Of a stretch of 64,000 bases of DNA, positions 40,100-49,049 are shown piece by piece. Both the position numbers and the translations under genes were made by a program. Source of the stretch: Candidatus Sabulitectum sp. Lineage in GTDB: Bacteria > Fermentibacterota > Fermentibacteria > Fermentibacterales > JCC-6. The stretch is taken from assembly GCA_023145375.1 (NCBI GenBank), contig JAGLDY010000007.1, positions 4,391 to 68,390 on the forward strand, in the 5' to 3' direction. Each line of letters opens with the position of its first letter. Positions within the stretch are counted from its first letter, which is position 1. The notes beneath the pieces were generated by a model. The model saw only the letters and a list, made by a program, of their open reading frames with translations, did not search any database and was not told the DNA's origin.

Positions 40100-42478
40100 T
40101 TATCTGAGAACCATTATTCTCTCGGTCATTACAGTATCACCTGTTGTGATAACAACGCTGTAGAAACCGTTGGGGATGGAAGCTCCGTTAGAGCCTGTAA
40201 GATCCCAGTTGATCGTGTGCTGTCCAGCTGCGAAGTCTCCGCTGGCAGGTGTGGCCACTGTGCGTCCGGTAAGGTCAAAGACCTGAACTTCAGCTGTGCC
40301 TGCATTTGCCAGAGAGAAGGGGATAGCAGCATTATTTGCAGCAGGATTCGGGTAAGGCGTGCTGATGGCAGTAACATAAGTCGTGCCCTCGCCCTGTTCT
40401 TCAATACCTGCTCCGCTAACAGTGATGGTGCCAAGGTAACTGATGTAGTTGTGTGCCCATACTGTTATAAGCATTTGACCAGTTGTGCTGGGGGCCACAG
40501 GGATGTTCACAACGCCTGAGCCATTGGTGTTCTCTACCTCGTAGACCTCTGCTGTTGCCCAGTCGTCACCCTTCCAGAGGCAGACTCTAGCGCCTGAAAT
40601 GGCGGATCCACCGGAAGTAACAGTTACTGTTACTGTTGTGGCACCGGGAATGGAAGCTGGATGTGCTGCTGCAATATTTGGTGCGTCAGCGGTCCAGACT
40701 GGAAGTTCAGGTTCTCCGAAAAGATTGTATTCTTTTACAACCCAGTCATGGATCTCCTGGGTGTATGGGCTCATCTCATCACGGCCCATGGAATGGATAG
40801 CACCAAGGGCTATCTGACCCTCTACCCAGTCTTCCTCGTAAACACGCTGGGTGAGAACTTCGCTTACGCCGCCACCAGGGTTTGAAGGTGAACCCCAGCC
40901 GTATCTGGCGTTGAAGCAGCCGAATCCACCACCGTTAGGGCTGGCGATCCATGCGTCACCCATGCACTCGTAGTTGTCTAAGTGCCCGATCAGGCAGCTG
41001 ATGGAGTGCCAGATGGCAGGAAGACCGCCGTTGGAGATATTCTGGAGTGCCATGAAGCTTGAAACACCATAGGAACCTCCCGGCAGGGAGAAACTGGTGG
41101 GACCGCCGTGGCTGGAATGGTAAACATTCGCAGGCCCGGCATTGAGCATGCCTGTTGTAATGGCAACACTGTTATTCCCTGTTGACTCGTAGCACTTCTC
41201 TTCTTCCCATGCGCTGGAAGGTAGATCGTTGCTTATGATCTCTGCGCCTGCAGAGCCCCAGCATCCAGGCCAGAGCAGTGAAGTGGTATAACCAACGCGG
41301 AGCTCAACGGGAGCGCTTTCGAAGTAATCGGTTGAACCTACCTGTTCGTAAGCAAGAACTTTGCTGAGGAAGAGAGTGGCTTCAGATGTTGAGTTCACGC
41401 TTGCACGACCGGTGAACATGTCCGGGTGGTAATCTACATTGTCTCCACCGGCTCCCCATTCGCCCCATATGCCATTGCCGTTGGAGTTCCAGAGGTCGGC
41501 ACCAGGAGAGCTGTCATTGATATCAGACCAGTAGAGGTCAACTGGAGGGTATTCTGTGTAGGAAGAATAATGGATCTTGGAGTCACGGCCTGCGATGATG
41601 TTGTCATCACCCCAGATGAGTACGTATTCAACACCTTCATCACGGCAGTCGGTAAGGAAAGCGCGAATCTCCTGCTGGAGATCAGCACAGGAATACTGTG
41701 ACTGGATCCATGTAGTGGTGTAGACACTGGTGGGAACACCCTTACGGGTCTTCCAGTCGGCGAAAGCCTGTGCGTAACTCTGATAGGCAGTAGTTGATAT
41801 TACAACATACTCACCGTACATGAGGTCGCGACTGGGAACTATTGCAGCTCCGCTTGCCTGAACCATCTCCGGGTTGAGAACTGAATTCTCAACAATGGTT
41901 CTTGTGCGGGCTTCGCTCTGTGCAGATCTTGTTCTTACAGAGTAGTTGTCCGTGGCTTCTTCAGTTGTTACTCTGATCTCAAGATTTCTGAGAACCTCAA
42001 TTGTTCCGGAAGCAGGATTCCATCTTACAGGATAGATGCTTACATAAGCTACAGGAAAACCTATGAGCATGGAAGATTCTTCAAATCTTGCAGCGGCAGA
42101 AGGAAAACTCTCTGATGAATTGTAGATGGTCCTGTCAGGCGCTGGAAGCAGAATTTCAGTTTCACCCATGAGGCTCAGAGGAACCGGTTCTGTTGCAGGA
42201 AGAACGGTGTAGTTACCGAGCAATGGCTCGTAAGAAGCGTTTATCACTTCAATTCCCGTTGCCTGCATTCCCGCAGGAAGAGCTATGGGGCTGTTCATCA
42301 CAGGAAGAGCAGGAGCTCCAATATTTCCCATGGTAGATGTACCTGGAAAGGTTACAACCGTGTAGTTGCCCATCTGGTTGATCTCAACATCTGTAGCTGA
42401 GAATGGAACGTTAACAGTGAAATTCCCCGCCATAGCCAGCGAAAGAGCAATCACTGCAAGAACAGTAGCAAATCTCAT
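40100..42478 (-). CDS. Gingipain-like cysteine peptidase (family C25) with a T9SS C-terminal sorting domain
   Basis: Signal peptide MRFATVLAVIALSLAMA. C25 catalytic-domain blocks (YVLIWGDDNIIAGRD..., catalytic-His and Cys regions HSSHGGPTS and SISCLIGHLD). C-terminal YPNPAANNAAIPFSLANAGTAEVQVFDLTGRTV...YSVVITTGDTVMTERIMVLR is a Por secretion CTD. AAGGGGGAG RBS. Confidence 0.85.
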   Translation of the reverse strand: MRFATVLAVIALSLAMAGNFTVNVPFSATDVEINQMGNYTVVTFPGTSTMGNIGAPALPVMNSPIALPAGMQATGIEVINASYEPLLGNYTVLPATEPVPLSLMGETEILLPAPDRTIYNSSESFPSAAARFEESSMLIGFPVAYVSIYPVRWNPASGTIEVLRNLEIRVTTEEATDNYSVRTRSAQSEARTRTIVENSVLNPEMVQASGAAIVPSRDLMYGEYVVISTTAYQSYAQAFADWKTRKGVPTSVYTTTWIQSQYSCADLQQEIRAFLTDCRDEGVEYVLIWGDDNIIAGRDSKIHYSSYTEYPPVDLYWSDINDSSPGADLWNSNGNGIWGEWGAGGDNVDYHPDMFTGRASVNSTSEATLFLSKVLAYEQVGSTDYFESAPVELRVGYTTSLLWPGCWGSAGAEIISNDLPSSAWEEEKCYESTGNNSVAITTGMLNAGPANVYHSSHGGPTSFSLPGGSYGVSSFMALQNISNGGLPAIWHSISCLIGHLDNYECMGDAWIASPNGGGFGCFNARYGWGSPSNPGGGVSEVLTQRVYEEDWVEGQIALGAIHSMGRDEMSPYTQEIHDWVVKEYNLFGEPELPVWTADAPNIAAAHPASIPGATTVTVTVTSGGSAISGARVCLWKGDDWATAEVYEVENTNGSGVVNIPVAPSTTGQMLITVWAHNYISYLGTITVSGAGIEEQGEGTTYVTAISTPYPNPAANNAAIPFSLANAGTAEVQVFDLTGRTVATPASGDFAAGQHTINWDLTGSNGASIPNGFYSVVITTGDTVMTERIMVLR

Positions 42479-42592
42479 TTCTCCCCCTTTGTTAGTAGCT
42501 GATTAAAAGAGCGCACACACATATATATATAACAAATAGAATCTGAGAACAGGTGGCATATTCACGCTGTTCTGTGGTATCAGATTGTTTTT

Positions 42593-43216
42593 TTACTCGC
42601 CGGAATTCATGGAGAACTCAAGGAAGCTGGACGAGGCCTCTCTGATCGTTAGAGAATCCCAAACCGTACTGCTGAAAAGCCACAGAGGATCGGTGGCGTC
42701 CTCGCTGTACAGCTTTAATCCGGATGCATCGTTTGTCACGAACCACTGACAATCAAGAAAAGAGAAACCGGTGGAAGCTGCTTCAGCGGGATCCATCTGG
42801 CCAAAGGAAACCGGGGAAGAGTAAATAGTGTAATAGAGGTTATTCCCTGGAGCGATGAGGTTGCTGAAGTAATCAGCAAGATCTCTTCCGTTGTTTCCCG
42901 GGAAGACGGATACGGCAACAAGGGGAAGCATATCTTCCTCTGTGTTACCGCTTAGCTGTTCCCAGTTTACTCCTGTTTCTTCGGTGAGAGGCTCTTCAGT
43001 TTCGCCTGTAAGAGCATCCTGTGAGTCGCGGGAGTCGTCAGTGAGTATGTCTGTAATAAGAAGTGCCCCAACCCCTACAACCACCACTCCGAGAATGATC
43101 CAGGTAAGGTCGGTTTCCTCGGAGGAGGAAGTTCCTCCTCCCCCGGAAGCAAATGGATGTGCAACAGCAATATTGGTAAAGGCAAGAAGAAGCAACAGTG
43201 CTGTGATCCTTCTCAT
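42593..43216 (-). CDS. Hypothetical secreted acidic protein (signal peptide, Gly/Ser/Glu-rich linker)
   Basis: Start moved to MRRITALLLLLAFTNIAVA (ATG at 43216). The ORF-track start would overlap the EF-G gene by 95 nt. Lies directly downstream of EF-G on the same strand. Confidence 0.5.
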   Translation of the reverse strand: MRRITALLLLLAFTNIAVAHPFASGGGGTSSSEETDLTWIILGVVVVGVGALLITDILTDDSRDSQDALTGETEEPLTEETGVNWEQLSGNTEEDMLPLVAVSVFPGNNGRDLADYFSNLIAPGNNLYYTIYSSPVSFGQMDPAEAASTGFSFLDCQWFVTNDASGLKLYSEDATDPLWLFSSTVWDSLTIREASSSFLEFSMNSGE

Positions 43217-43220
43217 TTTG

Positions 43221-45269
43221 TTAATCCTCGTCCTTCTGATAGTCATCCATGATCTTCTTCTGAACCTCGCGAGGGGTTGCCTCATAATGGGAGAAAGACT
43301 GAGTGAAGCTTCCACGGGCCTGAGTAAGTGATCGAAGTGAGCTGGTGTACTGGTAAAGCTCTGCCTGGGGAACGGCGGCTTTTATTACCTGGAAGCCACC
43401 CTGGGATTCCATACCTTGTATCTTGCCTCGTCTGGAGTTAACATCACCCATTACATCACCCATGTAATCGTCTGGAACAGTAATCTCAATAGTCATGATA
43501 GGCTCAAGAAGAATGGGACCGGCTTCCATCATCAGATTCTGGAAACACTTGCTTGACGCCAGTTTGAAAGCCATATCAGAAGAATCAACAGCATGTGATG
43601 AGCCATCGGTAACCACAGCTTTTACATCAATGACCTCGCTGCCGGAGAGAGGTCCTTTGTGCATTGCCTCAATAACTCCCTTTTCCACAGCAGGTATGAA
43701 CTTGGTTGGAACATTCCCTCCGGAAACCTCACTTGCAAATACATAACCTTCTCCTCGGGGCGTCGGTTCGATCCTCATGAGAACATGGCCGTACTGACCT
43801 CTTCCACCTGACTGCTTCTTGTGCTTGTAGGCACCATTGGCTTTTTTTGTAATCGTTTCCTGGTAAGCTATCCTGGGTTTGAAAAGCTCCGCTTCAACAC
43901 CACTCATCTCTTTCAGGCGAGCAAGCATTGTCATAAGATGAAGTTCACCCATGCCGTTCACAGTGGTTTGACCGATGTTTCCTTCGTTTCTTGTTATGAA
44001 GGTGGGGTCCATGGCACCAAGTTTGTGAAGCCCGGCACCCATCTTGTCTTCGTCTCCGCGTTTCTTTGCAGTGATGGCGGCTCTGTAAACCGGATTGGGG
44101 AAGGAGATGGGAACAAGCTTGACCTGTTTTGATTTGTCACACAGTACATCATTGGTGATCGTGCCTTTGAGCTTGGCCACTGCGATTACATCGCCAACCA
44201 CCATTTTGTCAGCATCTTCCCTGGCAGAACCGTTCATGTAGTAGTAGTTTCCAAGTCTTTCAGTCTGGTGTCGGGCTATGTTGATGGCTTCCTGAGATCC
44301 ATTAACTGAACCGCGTAGAATCTTCAAATAGACCATGTCACCAACATGCTTGTCGTGCTTTGTGCTGAATGCTCTGGCAACAAATCCACCCTGGGGATCC
44401 GGTGAAACAGGGTCACCATCAATCACCGCAGCCGGTTTAGCCTCAAGAGGTGAGGGCGCGTACTCCACTATTGAGTCAAGTACGAACTTCTGACCCACCG
44501 GGGGAATTGAAGTACCGCAGTAGAGAGGGAATAATCCCCTGTTCTTCACTGCAAGTTTTATTCCTTTCTTCAATTCAGTTTCGGTGAGGGTCTCGTTGGC
44601 GAAGAAGGTCTCCATTAGACCCTCATCTGCCTCAGCTGCTTCTTCGATCAGCTGCATTTTGTAGTCTTCAAGACTGTCTTTTGCGCTATCCGGAACAGGG
44701 ATATCCTTGCCTGCAGCATCCACTGCCTTACCGGTGATCACGTTCACCAGACCCACAAAAGATTCTCCATTTATCACAGGGAAAACCACAGGAACAACAT
44801 GCTTGTTGAACATTTCTCTGGTTTGTTCCAGAACTCTGGCAAAGTCGGAATTTTCTCTATCCACCCGACTTACATAGATGAACACGGGGATATCTGCTTT
44901 TTTTGTAAAACTCCAGGTTTTGAAGCTACCGACTTCCACTCCGTCCTTGCTGTCAACAAGAAGAATGGCCATGTCGGATGCTGATATTGCCCCGATGGTC
45001 TCTCCATGAAAGTCAGCAAGTCCCGGAGTATCAAGGATATTTATCTTGCAATCTTTCCAGTCCAGGGTTGCAAGGGATGATCCGAAACTGTGTTTCTTCT
45101 CCCTGCTTTCGGAGGTGTAATCAAAGACGCTTGTTCCATCGTCCACATTTCCCAGTCTTTCGCACCCGCCACCTGTAAAAAGCAAGGCATCGCAGAAGCT
45201 GGTTTTTCCAACGGAACCGTGACCCAGTACGGAGACGGTTCTCAGTTTTTCAGAACTATAGTTTTTCAT
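43221..45269 (-). CDS. Elongation factor G paralog (EF-G-like translational GTPase)
   Basis: Five-domain EF-G architecture (G domain VLGHGSVGKTS, DTPG, NKxD-like; domains II-V, including QYGHVLMRIEP and the C-terminal EF-G_C). Divergent G1 motif compared with canonical AHIDAGKTT. ATG at 45269 with GGGGAG 5 nt upstream is preferred over the upstream TTG. Confidence 0.85.
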   Translation of the reverse strand: MKNYSSEKLRTVSVLGHGSVGKTSFCDALLFTGGGCERLGNVDDGTSVFDYTSESREKKHSFGSSLATLDWKDCKINILDTPGLADFHGETIGAISASDMAILLVDSKDGVEVGSFKTWSFTKKADIPVFIYVSRVDRENSDFARVLEQTREMFNKHVVPVVFPVINGESFVGLVNVITGKAVDAAGKDIPVPDSAKDSLEDYKMQLIEEAAEADEGLMETFFANETLTETELKKGIKLAVKNRGLFPLYCGTSIPPVGQKFVLDSIVEYAPSPLEAKPAAVIDGDPVSPDPQGGFVARAFSTKHDKHVGDMVYLKILRGSVNGSQEAINIARHQTERLGNYYYMNGSAREDADKMVVGDVIAVAKLKGTITNDVLCDKSKQVKLVPISFPNPVYRAAITAKKRGDEDKMGAGLHKLGAMDPTFITRNEGNIGQTTVNGMGELHLMTMLARLKEMSGVEAELFKPRIAYQETITKKANGAYKHKKQSGGRGQYGHVLMRIEPTPRGEGYVFASEVSGGNVPTKFIPAVEKGVIEAMHKGPLSGSEVIDVKAVVTDGSSHAVDSSDMAFKLASSKCFQNLMMEAGPILLEPIMTIEITVPDDYMGDVMGDVNSRRGKIQGMESQGGFQVIKAAVPQAELYQYTSSLRSLTQARGSFTQSFSHYEATPREVQKKIMDDYQKDED

Positions 45270-45466
45270 GGCTCTCCCCAATATGTTATTCTGTGGTACT
45301 ATGAATTAATATGCTGATTACCTATTCTTTTCGGAGAATGAATATTACCGTTGCAGGTGTACTTGTGTCAACAGCTTAATCAGGGTCTGGTCAAAGGCCG
45401 GTATATTGTGTTATCAAATCAAGCTTGAACAAGTTCTTTTTCCGGTGAATACGTGGGGTGAATTAA

Positions 45467-45781
45467 ATGGGGATCTTAGGTTATTTTTCTGTAGTGGGGG
45501 CTCTCGTAGGGGGCTTTTTCCTTGTAAGGAAGGTCTTGAGCGAATTTACCGGACCTTCCCGGGAGGATCAGTACCAGGAGCTGGATGAGCAGTTCAAAAA
45601 AGCTGACAGGAAGATAACCGGACCGAACACTCCCAGGTGCCCCCACTGCGGTGGTGACACCGAAAGGTACGAATACCCTCATTTGAGAGTCTGGCGGTGT
45701 ATCAACTTTCCTGAGTGCCGTGGTTTTGTGAAAGCTACCAGGGGAGGGGCAGGATTTGCCAGGAAATGGCATGGGCGTTAA
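45467..45781 (+). CDS. Small membrane-anchored zinc-finger protein (CxxC...CxxxxC)
   Basis: N-terminal TM helix ILGYFSVVGALVGGFFLV, then CPHCGG...CINFPEC (topoisomerase-type C4 zinc-finger-like). Confidence 0.45.
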   Translation: MGILGYFSVVGALVGGFFLVRKVLSEFTGPSREDQYQELDEQFKKADRKITGPNTPRCPHCGGDTERYEYPHLRVWRCINFPECRGFVKATRGGAGFARKWHGR

Positions 45782-45795
45782 AAGGAGAACTAACA

Positions 45796-47868
45796 TTGGA
45801 AAGTAAGACAAGGGTAAACCGTCATCCGGTTTTGTCGCCTCTTCCGGACAGTTGGGTGAAGTTCACTTTCAATGGAAGAGAAATGGTAGGAAGGGCAGGG
45901 GAGATGGTATCCTCCGCGGTGTTCGCCGGTGGTGAGCATGTTTTTGGACATCATCATAAAGACGGCGGTGCTCAGGGGATCTTCTGTGCCAACGGACAGT
46001 GTTCCCAGTGTACTTTGATCATAAACGGACTCCTCTTGAAGAGTTGCATTGTGCCCCTGGAAGAAGGAATGGCAGTACGATCTGTTGAAGGTCTTCCGGC
46101 TCTTGATGATCTGGATGCACCGCTGATGAACCCTCCGGAAAGAGTTGAAACAGATGTTTTGATCATTGGAGCAGGTCCCTCAGGTATGGCTGCGGCAAAA
46201 GAGCTGGGAGCTTCCGGTCTAAATGTGATCATTGCGGATGACAAGGACAGACTGGGTGGAAAACTTGTTCTTCAGACGCACAAATTCTTTGGTTCAGAGG
46301 AGGACTGCAGAGCCGGGGTAAGGGGAACAAGGATCGCGGAAATACTTGCAGAGGAATTGCAGGAATTATCAGGGATCGATATCTGGATGAATTCAATTGT
46401 GCTTGCAGTCTTCAGCGACGGTACAGTTGGTATTCGAAAACCGGATGGTTACATGATAGTGAAACCCCGACAGCTTCTCGTTGCAGCAGGAGCCAGGGAG
46501 AAATCGCTTCCTTTCCCGGGATGTACCCTTCCTGGAGTGTACGGTGCCGGAGCATTTCAGACCCTGGTCAACAGAGATCAGATCAGATGCTCTGAAAGAC
46601 TGTTCATTCTTGGCGGGGGCAATGTGGGCCTTATCGGCGCATATCATGCCCTGCAGGCTGGAATGACAGTGGTGGGTCTAGCGGAGGCTATGGAAAAGTG
46701 CGGAGGTTACAAGGTCCATGTTGATAAGATCGCACGAATGGGTGTACCGATCTATACAAGACATACTGTTCTGGCTGCCCACGGGCAGGAAGAACTGGAA
46801 AGTGTAACAATTGCCGCTGTTGATGAGAGCTTCATTCCGATTCCAGGTACAGAGATCAACTTCAAGGTGGATACTCTTCTTGTGGCTGTTGGGCTCAGTT
46901 CTGTTAACGAATTTCACAGCAAGGCTCTTGAGTTCGGAATTCCGTCAATGTTAACCGGAGACTCTGAAGAGATAGCAGAGGCAAGCGCAGCGATGTTCAG
47001 CGGAAGGATCTGCGGAAGAAGAATTGCCTTTTCTCTGCAGGGAGAACCAGCTGATATACCTGCAGAATGGCTTGAGAAAGCGGAAGTGTTGAAGAGTCCT
47101 GGAGGCAGGATAGAAGAATACAGGGAATCTTCCTTGAAGGAGGGTGTATTCCCGGTGATCCACTGTTTTCAGGAGATCCCGTGCAATCCCTGTATGACGG
47201 TTTGCCCAAAGAATCTTATTACAACCAGTGGACACGCTATAATGGGTCTTCCTGAGTACAGTGACGGCTGTATCGGGTGTAAAAAGTGTGTTGCCATCTG
47301 CCCCGGTCTTGCCATATCTCTGGTGGATTACAGAAAGAACAGAGAATTTCCTGTGGTGACCATCTCATGGGAGCTTGGAGACTGGCTTCTCCAGAAGGAT
47401 CAGACCGTTACAGTTACCCAGTGGGAGGGGATACCCGTGGGAACAGGAACGGTTGTCAGTCTGAAGAATGCCGTTGGTTTCCCATCAACCATGCTCCTGG
47501 ACATCAGAGTTCCCGAAAAGATTGCCGGTATTGTGGCTGGCGTGAGAATACAGGAGGCAGAAACAACCACTCCTGAGGAAATGATCCCTGAACTGCCTAT
47601 TCCAGACAGTGCTGTTGTCTGCCGGTGCGAAAGAGTCACTGCCGGTGAGATCAGGAAGCTTCTTCGTGAGGGCGTGAGGGACATGAACGAATTGAAAACC
47701 AGGTCAAGAGCAGGCTTTGGGGCATGTGGCGGAAAAACATGTAAAACCCTCATCCCAGGAATAATAAAGGGTGAAGGTATTGCAATGGACAGGATAACCG
47801 ATTTTACAGAGAGACCTCTTTTCGCTGAGACCAGACTGGGAGTTTTTTGCGGGAAGGAGGAAAAGTAA
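45796..47868 (+). CDS. Sarcosine-oxidase-alpha / opine-proline dehydrogenase-alpha-like iron-sulfur flavoprotein (2Fe-2S + FAD/NAD(P) + 2x[4Fe-4S] + BFD-like [2Fe-2S])
   Basis: N-terminal 2Fe-2S-like fold (VKFTFNGREM...GIFCANGQCSQCT). Pyridine nucleotide-disulfide oxidoreductase Rossmann (VLIIGAGPSGMAAA; ILGGGNVGLIGA). Ferredoxin motifs CNPCMTVCP and CIGCKKCVAICP. BFD-like CRCERVTAGEI. TTG start at 45796 with AAGGAG 8 nt upstream; the ORF-track start 45715 would overlap the upstream gene. Confidence 0.8.
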   Translation: MESKTRVNRHPVLSPLPDSWVKFTFNGREMVGRAGEMVSSAVFAGGEHVFGHHHKDGGAQGIFCANGQCSQCTLIINGLLLKSCIVPLEEGMAVRSVEGLPALDDLDAPLMNPPERVETDVLIIGAGPSGMAAAKELGASGLNVIIADDKDRLGGKLVLQTHKFFGSEEDCRAGVRGTRIAEILAEELQELSGIDIWMNSIVLAVFSDGTVGIRKPDGYMIVKPRQLLVAAGAREKSLPFPGCTLPGVYGAGAFQTLVNRDQIRCSERLFILGGGNVGLIGAYHALQAGMTVVGLAEAMEKCGGYKVHVDKIARMGVPIYTRHTVLAAHGQEELESVTIAAVDESFIPIPGTEINFKVDTLLVAVGLSSVNEFHSKALEFGIPSMLTGDSEEIAEASAAMFSGRICGRRIAFSLQGEPADIPAEWLEKAEVLKSPGGRIEEYRESSLKEGVFPVIHCFQEIPCNPCMTVCPKNLITTSGHAIMGLPEYSDGCIGCKKCVAICPGLAISLVDYRKNREFPVVTISWELGDWLLQKDQTVTVTQWEGIPVGTGTVVSLKNAVGFPSTMLLDIRVPEKIAGIVAGVRIQEAETTTPEEMIPELPIPDSAVVCRCERVTAGEIRKLLREGVRDMNELKTRSRAGFGACGGKTCKTLIPGIIKGEGIAMDRITDFTERPLFAETRLGVFCGKEEK

Positions 47869-49004
47869 TGCATGAAGTTATCATCATCGGTGCCGGTTCA
47901 GTGGGAACACCTACTGCAATGTCTCTTGCAGAGAGAGGCATCACCACTCTCGTGATAGATTCCGGCAGATCAGCCGGACAGGGCAACAACAAGTGTGCCA
48001 TCGGCGGGATCAGAGCCACGCACAGTGATCCTGCAAAGGTAGCTCTCAGCCTTCACTCCATAAAAACCTTTTCCACATGGGAAGAAATTCACAGGGAGGA
48101 TATAGGCTGGTACATGGGGGGATACACTTTTATTGCATATACGGAAGCGATCTCCGAGTCCCTTCAGAACATGATACCAGCTCAACAGAAAGCCGGGCTT
48201 AACATCAAATGGTGCAATTCTGATGAGATATTGAGATTGGTTCCGGGAATCAAAGCTGAAGGTCTTTTTGGCGGGACATTTTCACCGGAGGATGGTAGCG
48301 CCAGCCCTATGGAAAGCTGTTACGCTTTTAAGAGGAATGCCGAGAGGTGCGGAGCAGAGTTCCGCTTTGGTGAAACTGTAACTTCCATAGAAAAGAGCGG
48401 TTTTTTCAAAGTTGTAACTGACAGAGCTGAGTACACTGCTGCAAATGTGATCAACTGTGCGGGCTCTTTCGGTAGAGAGGTTGGAGCCATGGTGGGGGTT
48501 GATCTGCCTGTGTATCCTGACATGCACGAAGCTGGAATTACTGAGCCGGTGCAGAGATTTTTCAATCCCATGGTTGTTGATATCAGCAGGACAGCAGGTA
48601 GTGCGAACTACTACTTTTATCAGTACAGTACCGGTCAGGTAGTTTTCTGTATTACCCCTGACCCACCAATACCTGGCAAGGGAACGGAAGAGACTTCCAC
48701 TTTCCTGCCACAGGTTGCCAGTAGAATGGTGAACCTCTACCCCAGACTTGCCAACATCAAAGTAAGAAGAACCTGGAGGGGCAGCTATCCTCAGACCCCC
48801 GACGGAACTCCCATAATAGGTCAGGTTGGACCAGAGGGCTTTTTTGCCGCAGTGGGCATGTGCGGGCAGGGTTTTATGCTGGGCCCTGGTGTGGGAGAGG
48901 TTATGGCCAGACTTGTTGCAGGTCAGTCAACGGAAGAAGACAGAATGGTTCTCAGTGCAATGAGGCTGGACCGGGAGTTCAGCGGGAGAGAAGCACTTAA
49001 GTAG
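47868..49004 (+). CDS. FAD-dependent oxidoreductase (sarcosine oxidase beta / D-amino-acid or glycine oxidase family)
   Basis: MHEVIIIGAGSVGTPTAMSLAERG (dinucleotide-binding motif), DAO family. ATG overlaps the upstream stop (TAATG), with GGAGG 7 nt upstream. Confidence 0.85.
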   Translation: MHEVIIIGAGSVGTPTAMSLAERGITTLVIDSGRSAGQGNNKCAIGGIRATHSDPAKVALSLHSIKTFSTWEEIHREDIGWYMGGYTFIAYTEAISESLQNMIPAQQKAGLNIKWCNSDEILRLVPGIKAEGLFGGTFSPEDGSASPMESCYAFKRNAERCGAEFRFGETVTSIEKSGFFKVVTDRAEYTAANVINCAGSFGREVGAMVGVDLPVYPDMHEAGITEPVQRFFNPMVVDISRTAGSANYYFYQYSTGQVVFCITPDPPIPGKGTEETSTFLPQVASRMVNLYPRLANIKVRRTWRGSYPQTPDGTPIIGQVGPEGFFAAVGMCGQGFMLGPGVGEVMARLVAGQSTEEDRMVLSAMRLDREFSGREALK

Positions 49005-49049
49005 TTCAGCTCACTTGCATCATATGCGTGTACGGGCTATCTTTGATTC

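Noticed and set aside
42593-43315. 240-aa version of the secreted protein overlapping the EF-G paralog 3' end by 95 nt
   Set aside because: The internal ATG at 43216 starts a canonical signal peptide and removes the overlap. The upstream extension is an Arg-rich, non-protein-like sequence.
45715-45795. N-terminal extension of the oxidoreductase alpha subunit overlapping the small zinc-finger gene
   Set aside because: A TTG at 45796 with AAGGAG 8 nt upstream gives a start directly after the upstream stop. The extension (MPWFCESYQGRGRICQEMAWALKG) has no support.
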